Shown here piece by piece: positions 1 through 9,467 of a DNA stretch of 64,000 bases. The notes under the pieces were generated by a model. The model made no database searches, was not told the DNA's origin, and saw only the letters and a list, made by a program, of their open reading frames with translations. The position numbers and the translations under genes are program-made. This DNA is from Armatimonadota bacterium (GTDB lineage: Bacteria; Armatimonadota; Fimbriimonadia; Fimbriimonadales; GBS-DC), in NCBI GenBank assembly GCA_037444405.1, contig JBBIML010000011.1, positions 32,001 to 96,000 on the forward strand. The letters run 5' to 3'. Each line of letters begins with the position of its first letter. Position 1 is the stretch's first letter.

Positions 1-105
1 CAGGTGGGGTAGCGTGATGCGCCGATTGGTCTGCAGGCGCGGCTCCCAAAACTGGTCGTGTATCTCCACCTGTGTATGTGCAATCGCCCTCGCTTTGCCT
101 GCCAT
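1..105 (-). CDS. 5' end (partial) of probable glycoside hydrolase family 127 (beta-L-arabinofuranosidase-like) protein
   Basis: Own translation from ATG at 105: MAGKARAIAHTQVEIHDQFWEPRLQTNRRITLPHL, resembling the GH127 N-terminal V-x-I-x-D-x-FW-x-PR motif; TATACT -10 (113-118, minus) 7 nt upstream; runs off the window edge. Confidence 0.6.
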   Translation of the reverse strand, partial: MAGKARAIAHTQVEIHDQFWEPRLQTNRRITLPHL

Positions 106-127
106 CGTGAAGAGTATACCTGCTCTC

Positions 128-155
128 TGAAAAATCCCCGCGTTTTTGCCGATAA
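128..155 (+). promoter_or_regulatory. sigma-28 (FliA/SigD)-like promoter upstream of pilus operon
   Basis: TGAAA(128-132)-N15-GCCGATAA(148-155) versus consensus TAAA-N15-GCCGATAA. Confidence 0.5.
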
Positions 156-215
156 TCGAAGCCAGCGTGATGGAAAGAGTGCCAACAGGTTGCCGTCACA
201 GGGAGGCATACGCGC

Positions 216-1031
216 ATGTATGAGGCGTACTGGGGCTTAACGGAACCGCCGTTCACCCTGACCCCCGACCCACGCTTCCTCTATATGAGCAAGGAACATG
301 AGGACGCGCTGGTGATGCTGCATTACACCATCACCCGCAATCGGGGCGCAGGAATGCTGGTCGGCGATATCGGGCTGGGCAAGACGACGCTCAGCCGTAA
401 ACTGCCGGAGCTGCTCGACCCTGTCGAGTACAAAATCGTGCTGATAGTGAACCCCGTGCTGACGCCTATCCAGCTGTTGCAGGAGGTGCTGCACCAGCTC
501 GGCGTGCCCACCATCAGCCGCAATCGGCAGGTGCTGGTTCAGCAGCTGTTCGATCACCTGTTGCAGCTGTATGAGCATGGTCAGCGCGTGGTGCTGATTG
601 TGGACGAGGCGCACCTGATCCGCTCACTCCAGACTTTTGAGGAGTTGCGCCTTTTGCTCAATTGCCAGATGAACGACCGGTTCCTCATCAGTTTGCTGCT
701 GCTGGGTCAGTTGGAGTTGCGCAAGAAGATTGAGCGGGTGCCTGCGCTCAAGCAGCGTCTGGCGGTACGCCATCAGCTGAAACCGCTGGACCAGCAGGAG
801 ACCGCCGCCATGATTGAGTTTCGGTTGCGCACGGCGGGCTACGCAGGCGAGCGTATCCCGTTCACCCCCGATGCGCTGTACGAGCTGTATCAGCACACAG
901 GCGGCTACCCGCGCCTGATCTGCCAGCTCGCCGATAACGCGCTGATGATTGGGATGGCGGAACGCGCCAGCCAGATCGACGGGTTTTTAATGCACAGCGT
1001 GATTATGGACTTCGAGGGCAAGGAGTGGTGA
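216..1031 (+). CDS. ExeA/GspA/MshM-family AAA ATPase
   Basis: MYEAYWGLTEPPFTLTPDPRFLY N-terminus, Walker A GDIGLGKT, Walker B LIVDEAH, GGYPRLI; SD GGAGG upstream. Confidence 0.9.
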   Translation: MYEAYWGLTEPPFTLTPDPRFLYMSKEHEDALVMLHYTITRNRGAGMLVGDIGLGKTTLSRKLPELLDPVEYKIVLIVNPVLTPIQLLQEVLHQLGVPTISRNRQVLVQQLFDHLLQLYEHGQRVVLIVDEAHLIRSLQTFEELRLLLNCQMNDRFLISLLLLGQLELRKKIERVPALKQRLAVRHQLKPLDQQETAAMIEFRLRTAGYAGERIPFTPDALYELYQHTGGYPRLICQLADNALMIGMAERASQIDGFLMHSVIMDFEGKEW

Positions 1032-1032
1032 G

Positions 1033-1461
1033 ATGAACCTGGTGGACGCTATTCGCAAAGCGGCGCAACAGTCGCAGGGTGTGCAGGGTGAGAGCGCAAC
1101 GACCGCGCCTCGTGCGCCAGCCAGCGCGCCCGCAAATGCATCCGACGCCCCTCAGCATGAGCCAGAGGCGATGCAGACCGTGCGCTTCGAGGTGCGGCTC
1201 ACCAATCAGCAGCTCTATGACCTGCTCAGCTGGCTGGCTCGCGCGTTGCACCCTGTGATGACCTTGCGCGAGGCGGCGCACTATCTACGCCTGCGCATTG
1301 CCGAACTCGAAGCGCTCGCCGAGCAGGGAGCCATCCCCGCGTTCAAAGTGGATGGGCGCTGGCGGTTCCTCAAAAATGCGCTCGACGAGTGGATGCTGCT
1401 GCAAAAAGCGAGCGATCTTGAGACCCACCTTGAGGAGAAGGAGGAGAGCCATGCCGCGTAG
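1033..1461 (+). CDS. excisionase-like helix-turn-helix (HTH_17) protein
   Basis: VMTLREAAHYLRL...GAIPAFKVDGRWRFLKNALDEW; tightly coupled to neighbours. Confidence 0.8.
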   Translation: MNLVDAIRKAAQQSQGVQGESATTAPRAPASAPANASDAPQHEPEAMQTVRFEVRLTNQQLYDLLSWLARALHPVMTLREAAHYLRLRIAELEALAEQGAIPAFKVDGRWRFLKNALDEWMLLQKASDLETHLEEKEESHAA

Positions 1462-2674
1462 GAACGAGCCGATTCTGGCGATTGACATCGGCGCGACCGC
1501 TGTGCGTGCCTGCATCGGGCGTCTGAACCCCGACGGGTTGGTTGTGGAGCGTTTGATCGACGCACCCCTGCCTCCCAACAGTGTACGGGAGGGGCTGATT
1601 CTGGAGCCGGATACGGTGGCGCGAGCGTTGCGCACGCTGCTTCAGCAAGTGGGCGTTCGCCAGCGGAACGCGCTGGTCTCGGTCGGCGGTCCGCAGGTGA
1701 CGGCGCGCCCCGTGCGCCTGCCACCGATGACCCCCGAAGTGTTGCGCAAATCAATCCAGTATGAAGCGGCCCGCTACCTGCCCTCCGCTGCTGAAGAACA
1801 TCTGATCGGCTTCGAGATATTGCACAGCGGCGAGGACTATCTGGAAGTGTTGCTGGTGGCGGCGCCGCGCTCCACAGTGGATAGCATAGTGAACACTTTG
1901 GAGAGCGCGGGGCTGGAGGCGGAGCTGCTGGAGATTCAGCCGTTCGCCTGCCTGCGAGCGGTGCATGCGAGCTGGCAGGAGTCGATGCCGTCGCTGTTCG
2001 CGCTGGCGGATATCGGCGGCGGGCACACCCAGATTAGCGTGGTGCGGCAGGGCACGCTCGCGCTCACGCGCTACATCCCCATCGCCGGTGAGACGCTGAC
2101 CGCCGCCCTTAAGGGCTACTTCCACTACTCCGACGAGGAAGTCAGCCATATCAAGCAGGCGTTGAACCTCGAAGAGCTGCTTCAGACGGGCGCGCCCCAC
2201 GAGAATCCGCCTCTGCGCCTGGTGCAGCCCATTCTGGACGAGCTGATTCGGGAGATCCGCCGCTCGCTGAACTACTATCAGTCGCAGGTGCAGGCGAACC
2301 CGGCGCATGGGGGGCGCATCGATCAGCTGATCCTGACGGGAGGTGGCGCGCTCATGCGCGGGATTGCCCCTTACTTCGAACATCGGCTCGGCATCCGCGT
2401 GCAGGTGTTCAATCCGCTGCCGTTCGATGAGCCTCTCTCGACACCGCTTACGCCGCTGCCCGATAATGGGGCTGACCAGCCAGTGGCTGAGGCGTCCCGC
2501 CCCGGTCGGACTTTTGCCGCGGCACGCTCGCTGGTGCATGCATCAGCAGTGCCGCCAGAGCAGTGCGCTCAGGGCGCGCAGTGGGTGGTGGCAATCGGCA
2601 CTGCGCTGGCGCCGCTGGAGCAGCGGATGCCGTTCCGCCTCACCGAAGAGCAACCCGAACTGCAAGCCGCATGA
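1451..2674 (+). CDS. pilM: type IV pilus assembly protein PilM
   Basis: Actin-like motifs LAIDIGATAVR, DIGGGHT, LTGGGA; EIRRSLNYY; start moved to ATG 1451 after GAGGAG. Confidence 0.9.
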   Translation: MPRRNEPILAIDIGATAVRACIGRLNPDGLVVERLIDAPLPPNSVREGLILEPDTVARALRTLLQQVGVRQRNALVSVGGPQVTARPVRLPPMTPEVLRKSIQYEAARYLPSAAEEHLIGFEILHSGEDYLEVLLVAAPRSTVDSIVNTLESAGLEAELLEIQPFACLRAVHASWQESMPSLFALADIGGGHTQISVVRQGTLALTRYIPIAGETLTAALKGYFHYSDEEVSHIKQALNLEELLQTGAPHENPPLRLVQPILDELIREIRRSLNYYQSQVQANPAHGGRIDQLILTGGGALMRGIAPYFEHRLGIRVQVFNPLPFDEPLSTPLTPLPDNGADQPVAEASRPGRTFAAARSLVHASAVPPEQCAQGAQWVVAIGTALAPLEQRMPFRLTEEQPELQAA

Positions 2675-2689
2675 ACCGGAGGTGAAGGG

Positions 2690-3295
2690 ATGCCCGTTAT
2701 CAATTTGATTGAGCCAGAGATTCAGCTCCGTCAGCGACTGCAACGGCGGGTGCGCCTGCTGGGGCTGGTCGGTTTCGCCCTGCTAACGCTTGCCGCTGTG
2801 GGCTGGGGCGGGCTAATCCTCTATGCAGGCTACCTACAGATGCAGAAAGCCAGCATGGAAGCCGAAATTGTGCGCCTCACACCAGCGCTGCACGCTGTCC
2901 AGCAAACCCAGATGGAGCTGAACGCCCTGCAACCGCTCATCAGCACCCTGCAGACCGCCCGCACCCAGACCGGACGCTGGCGGCTACTGCTCCAGCACCT
3001 GAGCGTGCAGACTCCACCCGCCTGCTACCTCACCAGTGTAGAACTGGGCAAGCGCACCGACCCCAAAAAGCCGATAGAGATAGTGATCAAAGGCATCGCC
3101 GCCAGCCAGCAAGCGGTGGGCGACTTCATGCTGCGACTCAATCAATATAGCGAGCTGGAGAATGTGCGCCTGGACTACACGCAGGAGCGCGAACTCAGCG
3201 AGCAGGGCAGAGCCTTCGAGTTCCAGATAACGGCACAGGTCAAAGGCACCGCCGCACCGCAATCATCCTCTGGAGGTGGCAGCAGTGGCTCTTAG
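2690..3295 (+). CDS. pilN: type IV pilus assembly protein PilN
   Basis: N-terminal INLI motif, one TM helix, coiled coil, position after pilM. Confidence 0.85.
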   Translation: MPVINLIEPEIQLRQRLQRRVRLLGLVGFALLTLAAVGWGGLILYAGYLQMQKASMEAEIVRLTPALHAVQQTQMELNALQPLISTLQTARTQTGRWRLLLQHLSVQTPPACYLTSVELGKRTDPKKPIEIVIKGIAASQQAVGDFMLRLNQYSELENVRLDYTQERELSEQGRAFEFQITAQVKGTAAPQSSSGGGSSGS

Positions 3296-4046
3296 CCGAC
3301 GCACGCAGCGATTGGAGCAGTTCGCTAAACTGCTAAGCATCGGGCTGATCGGACTGCTGGCGCTCAGCGTGGGCAGCGTCTATCTACCCTTCAGTATGGT
3401 TCAGCAAGCCCGGCAGCAGGTGGCGGAACGCCAGCAGCAGCTGGACAAAGCGCGTCAGGCGCCCCAGCAACTGCGCCTGCTCCAGCAGCAGCACGAAAAT
3501 GCCTTGCGCGAACTGCGATTCCTGGAGCAGGGCGTCTCGCAAGCTGCGTATATCCCCACCATGCTCAAACAGATCGAGCAAACCGCCCGACAGCTTCAGC
3601 TGGAAATCGTCGCCGTCCGACCCCAGCAGAACCAGCAACAGAGCGGTCAGACCACCCAGAGCGGCTCCAGTCAGGGCAATCAGCAGGGCAACGGCGCCGC
3701 GCCTGCCCGCAAAGCCTATGAGGAGCAACTCATCGAAGTGAGCCTGCAGGGCAGGTTCTGGAGCCTTATGAGCTTCCTGCGCCAGCTGGATGAGTTTCCC
3801 AAGATTCTGGCGGTGCAATCGCTGAATGCGCAGGCGAAACCCAAAATCGACCAGCCGAACGCGAACCCCGATCTGGAGATTCGCATGACGATCAAGGCGT
3901 TCATCTTCCCGTCGACCCGATTGCCGCTTCCCGCTGGTCAGGGCATGCAACCGCCTCTCCCCGGAGGGGAAAGCGCGGGGGTGAGGAACGCTCCCCTCTC
4001 CCACAGCGTGGGAGAGGGGCTGGGGGTGAGGGGTGAAGGAAGGTGA
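3276..4046 (+). CDS. pilO: type IV pilus assembly protein PilO
   Basis: TM plus coiled coil plus G-x-F-x-x-L-x-x-FL PilO-type core; C-terminus encoded by a BoxC-like palindrome. Confidence 0.8.
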   Translation: MAAVALSRRTQRLEQFAKLLSIGLIGLLALSVGSVYLPFSMVQQARQQVAERQQQLDKARQAPQQLRLLQQQHENALRELRFLEQGVSQAAYIPTMLKQIEQTARQLQLEIVAVRPQQNQQQSGQTTQSGSSQGNQQGNGAAPARKAYEEQLIEVSLQGRFWSLMSFLRQLDEFPKILAVQSLNAQAKPKIDQPNANPDLEIRMTIKAFIFPSTRLPLPAGQGMQPPLPGGESAGVRNAPLSHSVGEGLGVRGEGR

Positions 4047-4708
4047 AAATTATGGAAAAACCCCCTGAGATGAAGACGAACCAGATCAGTCTGAAGCAGG
4101 GTCTCGCGATTGGCGTGCTGGTGCTGATCCTGCTCAGCGTTGGGGTCTGGCAGTGGCAGTCGATGGGCGGGCGTCGGAACCCGTCGCGCCCTGCGAGCGC
4201 GTCCACTTCCAACAGCAACATGGGCGTTTCGGCGACTGTCAGCACTTCGGGTGTGGTGCTGGCGAGCGTGCCGCTGGCGCCGCTGCCCGCGCGCGACCCG
4301 TTCCGACCCACCATCCAGATCGGCGAGCTACCCGGTCGCGTGGCGTCGCCTGCCACCAGCAGCACGAACCAATCGCCCCGACGCGCGATCACGGGCACGC
4401 CGCCCGTGCCGCCTGTCGCGCTGCCCGCGCCCGGAGGGCTGGAAATCAGACGCGCAGAAGAGCCTGCCCCCATACCCGACTGGACACTGGTCGGCGTTGT
4501 GCAGGGACCGCGCACGATTGCCATTCTCAAAGATTCGGAGGGGCATCGCCGCTTCGTGCAGATTGGCGACCTGCTGGAAGAGGGCTGGCGTGTGCGCCGC
4601 ATCGAGCGCGGCGTTATCACCCTTCAAAAAGGGAAGCAGACAATTGCCATTCAGGTCGGCACTTCCACGCAACAAGATTCGCAGTCCACAGGAGGCACAC
4701 AGCAATGA
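4043..4708 (+). CDS. PilP/GspC-like pilus assembly protein
   Basis: TM, RDPF motif, LVGVVQG...AIL...VQIGD...V-x-x-I beta-domain; lies between pilO and the secretin. Confidence 0.7.
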   Translation: MKIMEKPPEMKTNQISLKQGLAIGVLVLILLSVGVWQWQSMGGRRNPSRPASASTSNSNMGVSATVSTSGVVLASVPLAPLPARDPFRPTIQIGELPGRVASPATSSTNQSPRRAITGTPPVPPVALPAPGGLEIRRAEEPAPIPDWTLVGVVQGPRTIAILKDSEGHRRFVQIGDLLEEGWRVRRIERGVITLQKGKQTIAIQVGTSTQQDSQSTGGTQQ

Positions 4709-6870
4709 GAGTTATCGGGCGTACTGGATGGATGGTTGGCTTGCTGATTCTGGCGTTGCCGCCCTGCTGGAGCCAGTCGGTGAAAGCGGTCAAAGCCTTC
4801 GAGCAGGGCGGTCAGGCAGTTGTGCAGGTGATCGGTGAGCGATTGCCGCGTCCTGGCGTCTCCGTCTGGCGCGGGCGCTATCTCACGCTCGATTTTCGGG
4901 CGCGGCTCGCCACACGCCGTCAGGAGACCCGCTTCATCACGCCCGTCACCACCTATCTGCGCTACGGTTGGTTCAGCAGCAATCCGCCACGCGTGCGGGT
5001 GGTCATTACCATGCGCGGCACGAAGCCCTATCAGCTTGAAGCGATTGAGGGCGGCTGGCAGGTTCGAATTGGCGTCGCGTCATCCCCCTCATCGGACGCT
5101 GGCGAGCGCACCGCGATCGGCTTGCCCCAGCAAGAGCCGAAGACCGCTGAACCCCAGCCTGCCTCGCAGAAAGGGAGCCGGTCGACTCAGCCAGTAAAAG
5201 AGGAGGGCTGGCAGATTGCGCAGCGCACGGATACGAGCCTCCCGCGCCCGCCACGCCCGTCCGATGTGCAACCGCGCCAGAGCCAGCAGGTGGCAAGCAA
5301 ACCGGCTGGCGCCGCGCCACCGCCTGAGCCAACCATCTCGCTCGACTTCGTGGGCGCCGAAATCGGCGATGTGCTGAAAGCGCTCGCCATCCAGTCGGGC
5401 GCGAACATCGTCACCGCGCCCGATGTGAAGGGCACCATCACCATCAGCCTCAACCGCGTAACGGTCGAAGAGGCGCTCAACCTCATCACGCGCCTCAGCG
5501 GCTACCGCTACGAGCGCATCGCGAACACCTATGTGGTCGGCACGCCCAAATCGATTGAGGCGTTTAAGGGCAGCGAGCCGAAACCAGAGCCGCCGCGCAC
5601 CGCCGAACTGCTGACGCTGAAGCAGGCGAACGCGACAGCCGTCGCCACTTTCTTGAGCGCGCGCTATCCGAACCTCAAAGTGACTCTGCCCGGCGAGAAG
5701 AATGCGAACTACCTGATTGTGGAGGGCGAGGCGAGCGTGGTGAACGAGGCGAAAGCGGCGGTCGCTCGCTTCGAGGAGGCAACCGCTCAGGGCGAGGAGA
5801 TTATCACGGAGGTCTATCGCGTGCGGTTCGCCGACGCGCGCGACTTGATGCGCATTCTGAACCAGCTGGTGCCCACCGTGAGCGTGTCGCTGGGACCGGG
5901 CGCGATGCTGAGCGCCGCGCGCACGGGCAGCGGCGCGAGCAGCACGGCCATGAGCGCCGGCGATATGCCAAACGCGGCTGCCCAGCAGATGGGCGCCGCG
6001 ATGCCCGCCGCCTCAGGCGCCAGCGCCAGCACGGGCGACCAGCCACCCAACCTGCTGGTGCTGATGGGCGCCTCCCGCGATGTGCAACGCGCCCTCGATG
6101 TGCTGCAGAAGGTGGATGTCAAACAGCCACAAGTTCTGATCGAAACGCGCGTGATGGATATCTCCGAAGCCAGCCTGCGCTCGCTGGGGCTGTCATGGAG
6201 CATCTTCCAGTCCAGCAGCATCCAGACGCTGGATCGCACGCAGCAGCCGCCGTTCCCTGCTGGCACCACCGTGACACCGAACCAGCAGGGCATCCGCTTC
6301 AACAAAGATGGGCAGCTCGGCATCGACATCATGGTGCTGAAGCAGCCCACCGATGTGACAGCGACTCTGAACGCGTTGGCGCAGGATCAGCGCAACCGCC
6401 TGCTGGCAAACCCGCGAATCGCCACACTCGATGGGCGACCTGCCCGAATCTTCATCGGCGACGAAATCAACTATGTCAAGCTCATTCAGCAGACCCAGCA
6501 GGGCGCGAATGTGCAGACCGATTCGGTGCAGGCAGGCATCATTCTGGAGGTGCTGCCGCGCGTGCATGAGGACGGCTCCATCACGCTGCAGATTAAGCCG
6601 GAAGTGAGCGTGATTACAGGCTTCCTGCAGGTGCCCGGCGGCGGTTCGCTGCCCCAGCTGGCGCGACGCAACGCCGAGACCACCATCCGCCTCAATAATG
6701 GCGAAACGCTCGTGATTGGCGGGTTGATTCGGGAGAGTGACATCAAAACCATCCAGAAGGTGCCCCTGCTGGGCGATCTGCCTTTCTTTGGCTACCTGTT
6801 CCGCAAGACGAACACCCAGCGCGACCGCTCGGAGATTGTGATCACGCTCACCGTGCGTGTGCTGGAATGA
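4705..6870 (+). CDS. pilQ: secretin (PilQ/GspD family)
   Basis: Signal peptide, AMIN-like N-terminus, ISLDF..AEI.DVL N0 domain, QVLIE, LANPRIATLDG, GETLVIGGL, KVPLLGDLPFFGYLF; real start ATG 4705 after GGAGG. Confidence 0.9.
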   Translation: MRVIGRTGWMVGLLILALPPCWSQSVKAVKAFEQGGQAVVQVIGERLPRPGVSVWRGRYLTLDFRARLATRRQETRFITPVTTYLRYGWFSSNPPRVRVVITMRGTKPYQLEAIEGGWQVRIGVASSPSSDAGERTAIGLPQQEPKTAEPQPASQKGSRSTQPVKEEGWQIAQRTDTSLPRPPRPSDVQPRQSQQVASKPAGAAPPPEPTISLDFVGAEIGDVLKALAIQSGANIVTAPDVKGTITISLNRVTVEEALNLITRLSGYRYERIANTYVVGTPKSIEAFKGSEPKPEPPRTAELLTLKQANATAVATFLSARYPNLKVTLPGEKNANYLIVEGEASVVNEAKAAVARFEEATAQGEEIITEVYRVRFADARDLMRILNQLVPTVSVSLGPGAMLSAARTGSGASSTAMSAGDMPNAAAQQMGAAMPAASGASASTGDQPPNLLVLMGASRDVQRALDVLQKVDVKQPQVLIETRVMDISEASLRSLGLSWSIFQSSSIQTLDRTQQPPFPAGTTVTPNQQGIRFNKDGQLGIDIMVLKQPTDVTATLNALAQDQRNRLLANPRIATLDGRPARIFIGDEINYVKLIQQTQQGANVQTDSVQAGIILEVLPRVHEDGSITLQIKPEVSVITGFLQVPGGGSLPQLARRNAETTIRLNNGETLVIGGLIRESDIKTIQKVPLLGDLPFFGYLFRKTNTQRDRSEIVITLTVRVLE

Positions 6871-8573
6871 ATATTGGCGAGCTGTTTGTGCAGGCAGGTC
6901 TGGTCAGCCATGAGCAGCTGCAGGATGCCCTGCTGAAGCAACAGGAGGGCATCCCACTACCGCTGGATCGGCTGCTGGTTCAGCTGGGCTACATCACCGA
7001 AAAAGACCGCGTGCGTATCCTGGGTCAGCACTGGGGCATCCCCTTTATCGATCTGGTAGAAACACCGCCAGACCCCAGGTTGAGTTCAGTGATTCCTGCT
7101 GATATGGCGAAGCGCTATCGCGCTGTGCCTGTGATGCAACAGAACGGCAAGCTCACCGTTGCCCTTGCGGACCCGCTCGATATCTTCGCCATCGACGAGA
7201 TTCGCCAGCACACCAAACTGGAAATCGAAGCCGTTATCGCCACCGAGGACGACATCCAGAACGCTCTGCGCCAGCTCTATCGGGTGAGCGCTGCTGTCTC
7301 CGAGACGGTGCAGGAGCTGATGCGCGATATGGGCGAGGCGCAGATTCAGACTCTTGCGAGTGAAGAGGAGGACCTCTCAGCGGAGGAGCTGCGCGAAATC
7401 GCTGACGATGCGCCCGTCGTGCGCCTCGCCAACATGATTATCACGCAAGCCATCAACGACGGCGCCAGCGATATTCACATCGAACCCGCGCGCGATTGCG
7501 TGAAGGTGCGCTACCGCATCGATGGCGTAATGATCGATTCGCTGGTGCTGCCCAAGCGCGTGCAGGCGTCGCTCACCTCCCGCTTCAAGATCATGGCGGA
7601 TATGGACATCGCCGAGAAGCGTGTTCCCCAGGATAACCGCATCAGCGCAACGATTGATGGACGCGAGTATGATTTCCGTGTTTCAACCCTGCCATGCATC
7701 TACGGCGAGAAGATTGTGATGCGCGTGCTGGACAAGTCGAGCGTGCGCGTCGGGCTGGACAAGCTCGGCTTTTTGCCCGACACCCTCGCCAAACTTGAAG
7801 AGGTGATCAGCCGCTCCTACGGCATTATTCTGGTGACGGGTCCGACAGGTTCGGGCAAGTCCACCACGCTCTACTCGATTCTGTCGCGCCTGAACACGGG
7901 GCTGGTCAACATTATCACCGCGGAAGACCCTGTGGAGTATGAGTTGCCGGGCATCAATCAGGTGCAGGTGAACCCGAAGGCGGGGCTGACTTTCGCATCA
8001 GCGTTGCGGGCGATGCTGCGCCAGGACCCCGACATCATCATGGTGGGCGAGATGCGCGACACCGAGACCGCCACAATCGCGGTTGAAGCTGCGCTCACGG
8101 GGCATCTGGTGCTGTCCACGCTGCACACCAACGATGCGTCCAGCGCGCCGCCGCGCCTGATCGAGATGGGCGTGGAGCCGTTTATGATTGCTTCGTCGCT
8201 GATTGCGGTGCTGGCGCAGCGACTGGTGCGCACGCTCTGCCCGCGCTGTAAGCAGCCCTATCATCCCACTGAGTCGGACTTCCTGCGCTACGGCTTTACT
8301 CCCCCCGACAATCTGCATGCTATCGAAATCTTCCGCGCTAAAGGTTGCGACTATTGTAAGCAGACGGGCTACAAGGGGCGTACAGGCATCCACGAGCTGC
8401 TGGTCATCAACGACGCCATTCGCGACCTGATTTTGCAACATGCCGCGGCGTATGCCATCCAGAAAGTGGCGGTCGAACATGGGCTGCGCCTGCTCAAAGA
8501 GGACGCCCTGCAGAAGGTGCTGCTCGGACGCACCAGCATCGAGGAGGTTGTGCGCGTGATCTACAGCGGTTAA
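6867..8573 (+). CDS. pilB: type IV pilus assembly ATPase PilB/GspE
   Basis: GASDIHIEP, GPTGSGKST, EDPVEY, RQDPDIIMVGEMRD, STLHTN, CPRC/CDYC zinc motif. Confidence 0.93.
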   Translation: MNIGELFVQAGLVSHEQLQDALLKQQEGIPLPLDRLLVQLGYITEKDRVRILGQHWGIPFIDLVETPPDPRLSSVIPADMAKRYRAVPVMQQNGKLTVALADPLDIFAIDEIRQHTKLEIEAVIATEDDIQNALRQLYRVSAAVSETVQELMRDMGEAQIQTLASEEEDLSAEELREIADDAPVVRLANMIITQAINDGASDIHIEPARDCVKVRYRIDGVMIDSLVLPKRVQASLTSRFKIMADMDIAEKRVPQDNRISATIDGREYDFRVSTLPCIYGEKIVMRVLDKSSVRVGLDKLGFLPDTLAKLEEVISRSYGIILVTGPTGSGKSTTLYSILSRLNTGLVNIITAEDPVEYELPGINQVQVNPKAGLTFASALRAMLRQDPDIIMVGEMRDTETATIAVEAALTGHLVLSTLHTNDASSAPPRLIEMGVEPFMIASSLIAVLAQRLVRTLCPRCKQPYHPTESDFLRYGFTPPDNLHAIEIFRAKGCDYCKQTGYKGRTGIHELLVINDAIRDLILQHAAAYAIQKVAVEHGLRLLKEDALQKVLLGRTSIEEVVRVIYSG

Positions 8574-8604
8574 AGGCAGGCTGGGCATAACGGAGGGACA
8601 GAGC

Positions 8605-9459
8605 ATGTCAACCCAAACGCAGGCGATTATCGAGAAAATCAAGGAGTTGGCGGTGCTGCCGCAGGTGGTCTATCAGGTGCTGGATTTGACCAACGACCCG
8701 AACGCGACCGCCCGCGATCTGGAGCGGGTCATCAGCATCGATCAGGGCATGTCGGCGCGGGTGCTGAACACGGTCAACTCCGCCTATTACGGCTTGCCCC
8801 GCAAAATCGCCTCCATCAAAGATGCCGTGGTGCTGTTAGGCTTCAAGACCATTCGCAATCTGGCGATGACCGCCAGCGTGTTCGATCTGTTTGTCGGCAA
8901 GATTGATCGGCAGAATCTGCGGCGGGGCAAGTGGTGGCGGCATTCACTTGACACTGCGCTCTGCTGCCGCCTGATTGCCAGCCAGCTGCCCGGCTGCTCG
9001 CCTGACGAAGCGTACACGGCGGGCTTGCTCCACGATATTGGCAAGCCGCTGCTGGATCGGTACGGGCAGTCGCCGTATGAGGAGGTGGAGTCGCTGATGG
9101 AGCTGGGTGTGCCCGAGCTGCAGGCGGAGCGTGAGGTGTTCGGCTGCGACCATGCGGAGCTGGGGCGCGAGGTGAGCCTGCACTGGGGCTTCCCGGAGAA
9201 GCTGGCAGAGGCGATTGGCGCGCACCACGCCGAGAGCGTGTTCGGGCTGAATGAGCCGACGCTCACCGCGCTCACCGCGCTGGGCAACTATATCGCCCAC
9301 TGGCTGCGCATGCCTGACCATTCGGAAGACAATTTCCTGTTTTCCATCCCGCAGTGGATTTACGAGGTGCTGAATCTGCAGCCGACGAATCTGCGCCCAC
9401 TCAAGCTCGCCTGCGAGGCGGAACTCCACGCCTCGCCGTTGCACACGCTCGCCCGCTAA
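8605..9459 (+). CDS. HDOD-domain signalling protein
   Basis: NSAYYG, AVVLLG, WRHS, AGLLHDIGK, DHAELG...WGFP...IGAHH. Confidence 0.9.
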   Translation: MSTQTQAIIEKIKELAVLPQVVYQVLDLTNDPNATARDLERVISIDQGMSARVLNTVNSAYYGLPRKIASIKDAVVLLGFKTIRNLAMTASVFDLFVGKIDRQNLRRGKWWRHSLDTALCCRLIASQLPGCSPDEAYTAGLLHDIGKPLLDRYGQSPYEEVESLMELGVPELQAEREVFGCDHAELGREVSLHWGFPEKLAEAIGAHHAESVFGLNEPTLTALTALGNYIAHWLRMPDHSEDNFLFSIPQWIYEVLNLQPTNLRPLKLACEAELHASPLHTLAR

Positions 9460-9467
9460 AGGCTAAC

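Noticed and set aside
165..205. Possible c-di-GMP-I riboswitch before the pilus operon
   Set aside because: Only a GGTTGCCG fragment and a short hairpin; lacks the GGCAAA/GAAA/GCAAA core and length
1033..1461. Prophage excisionase or integrated element
   Set aside because: No integrase, att sites or phage genes; coupled within the pilus operon
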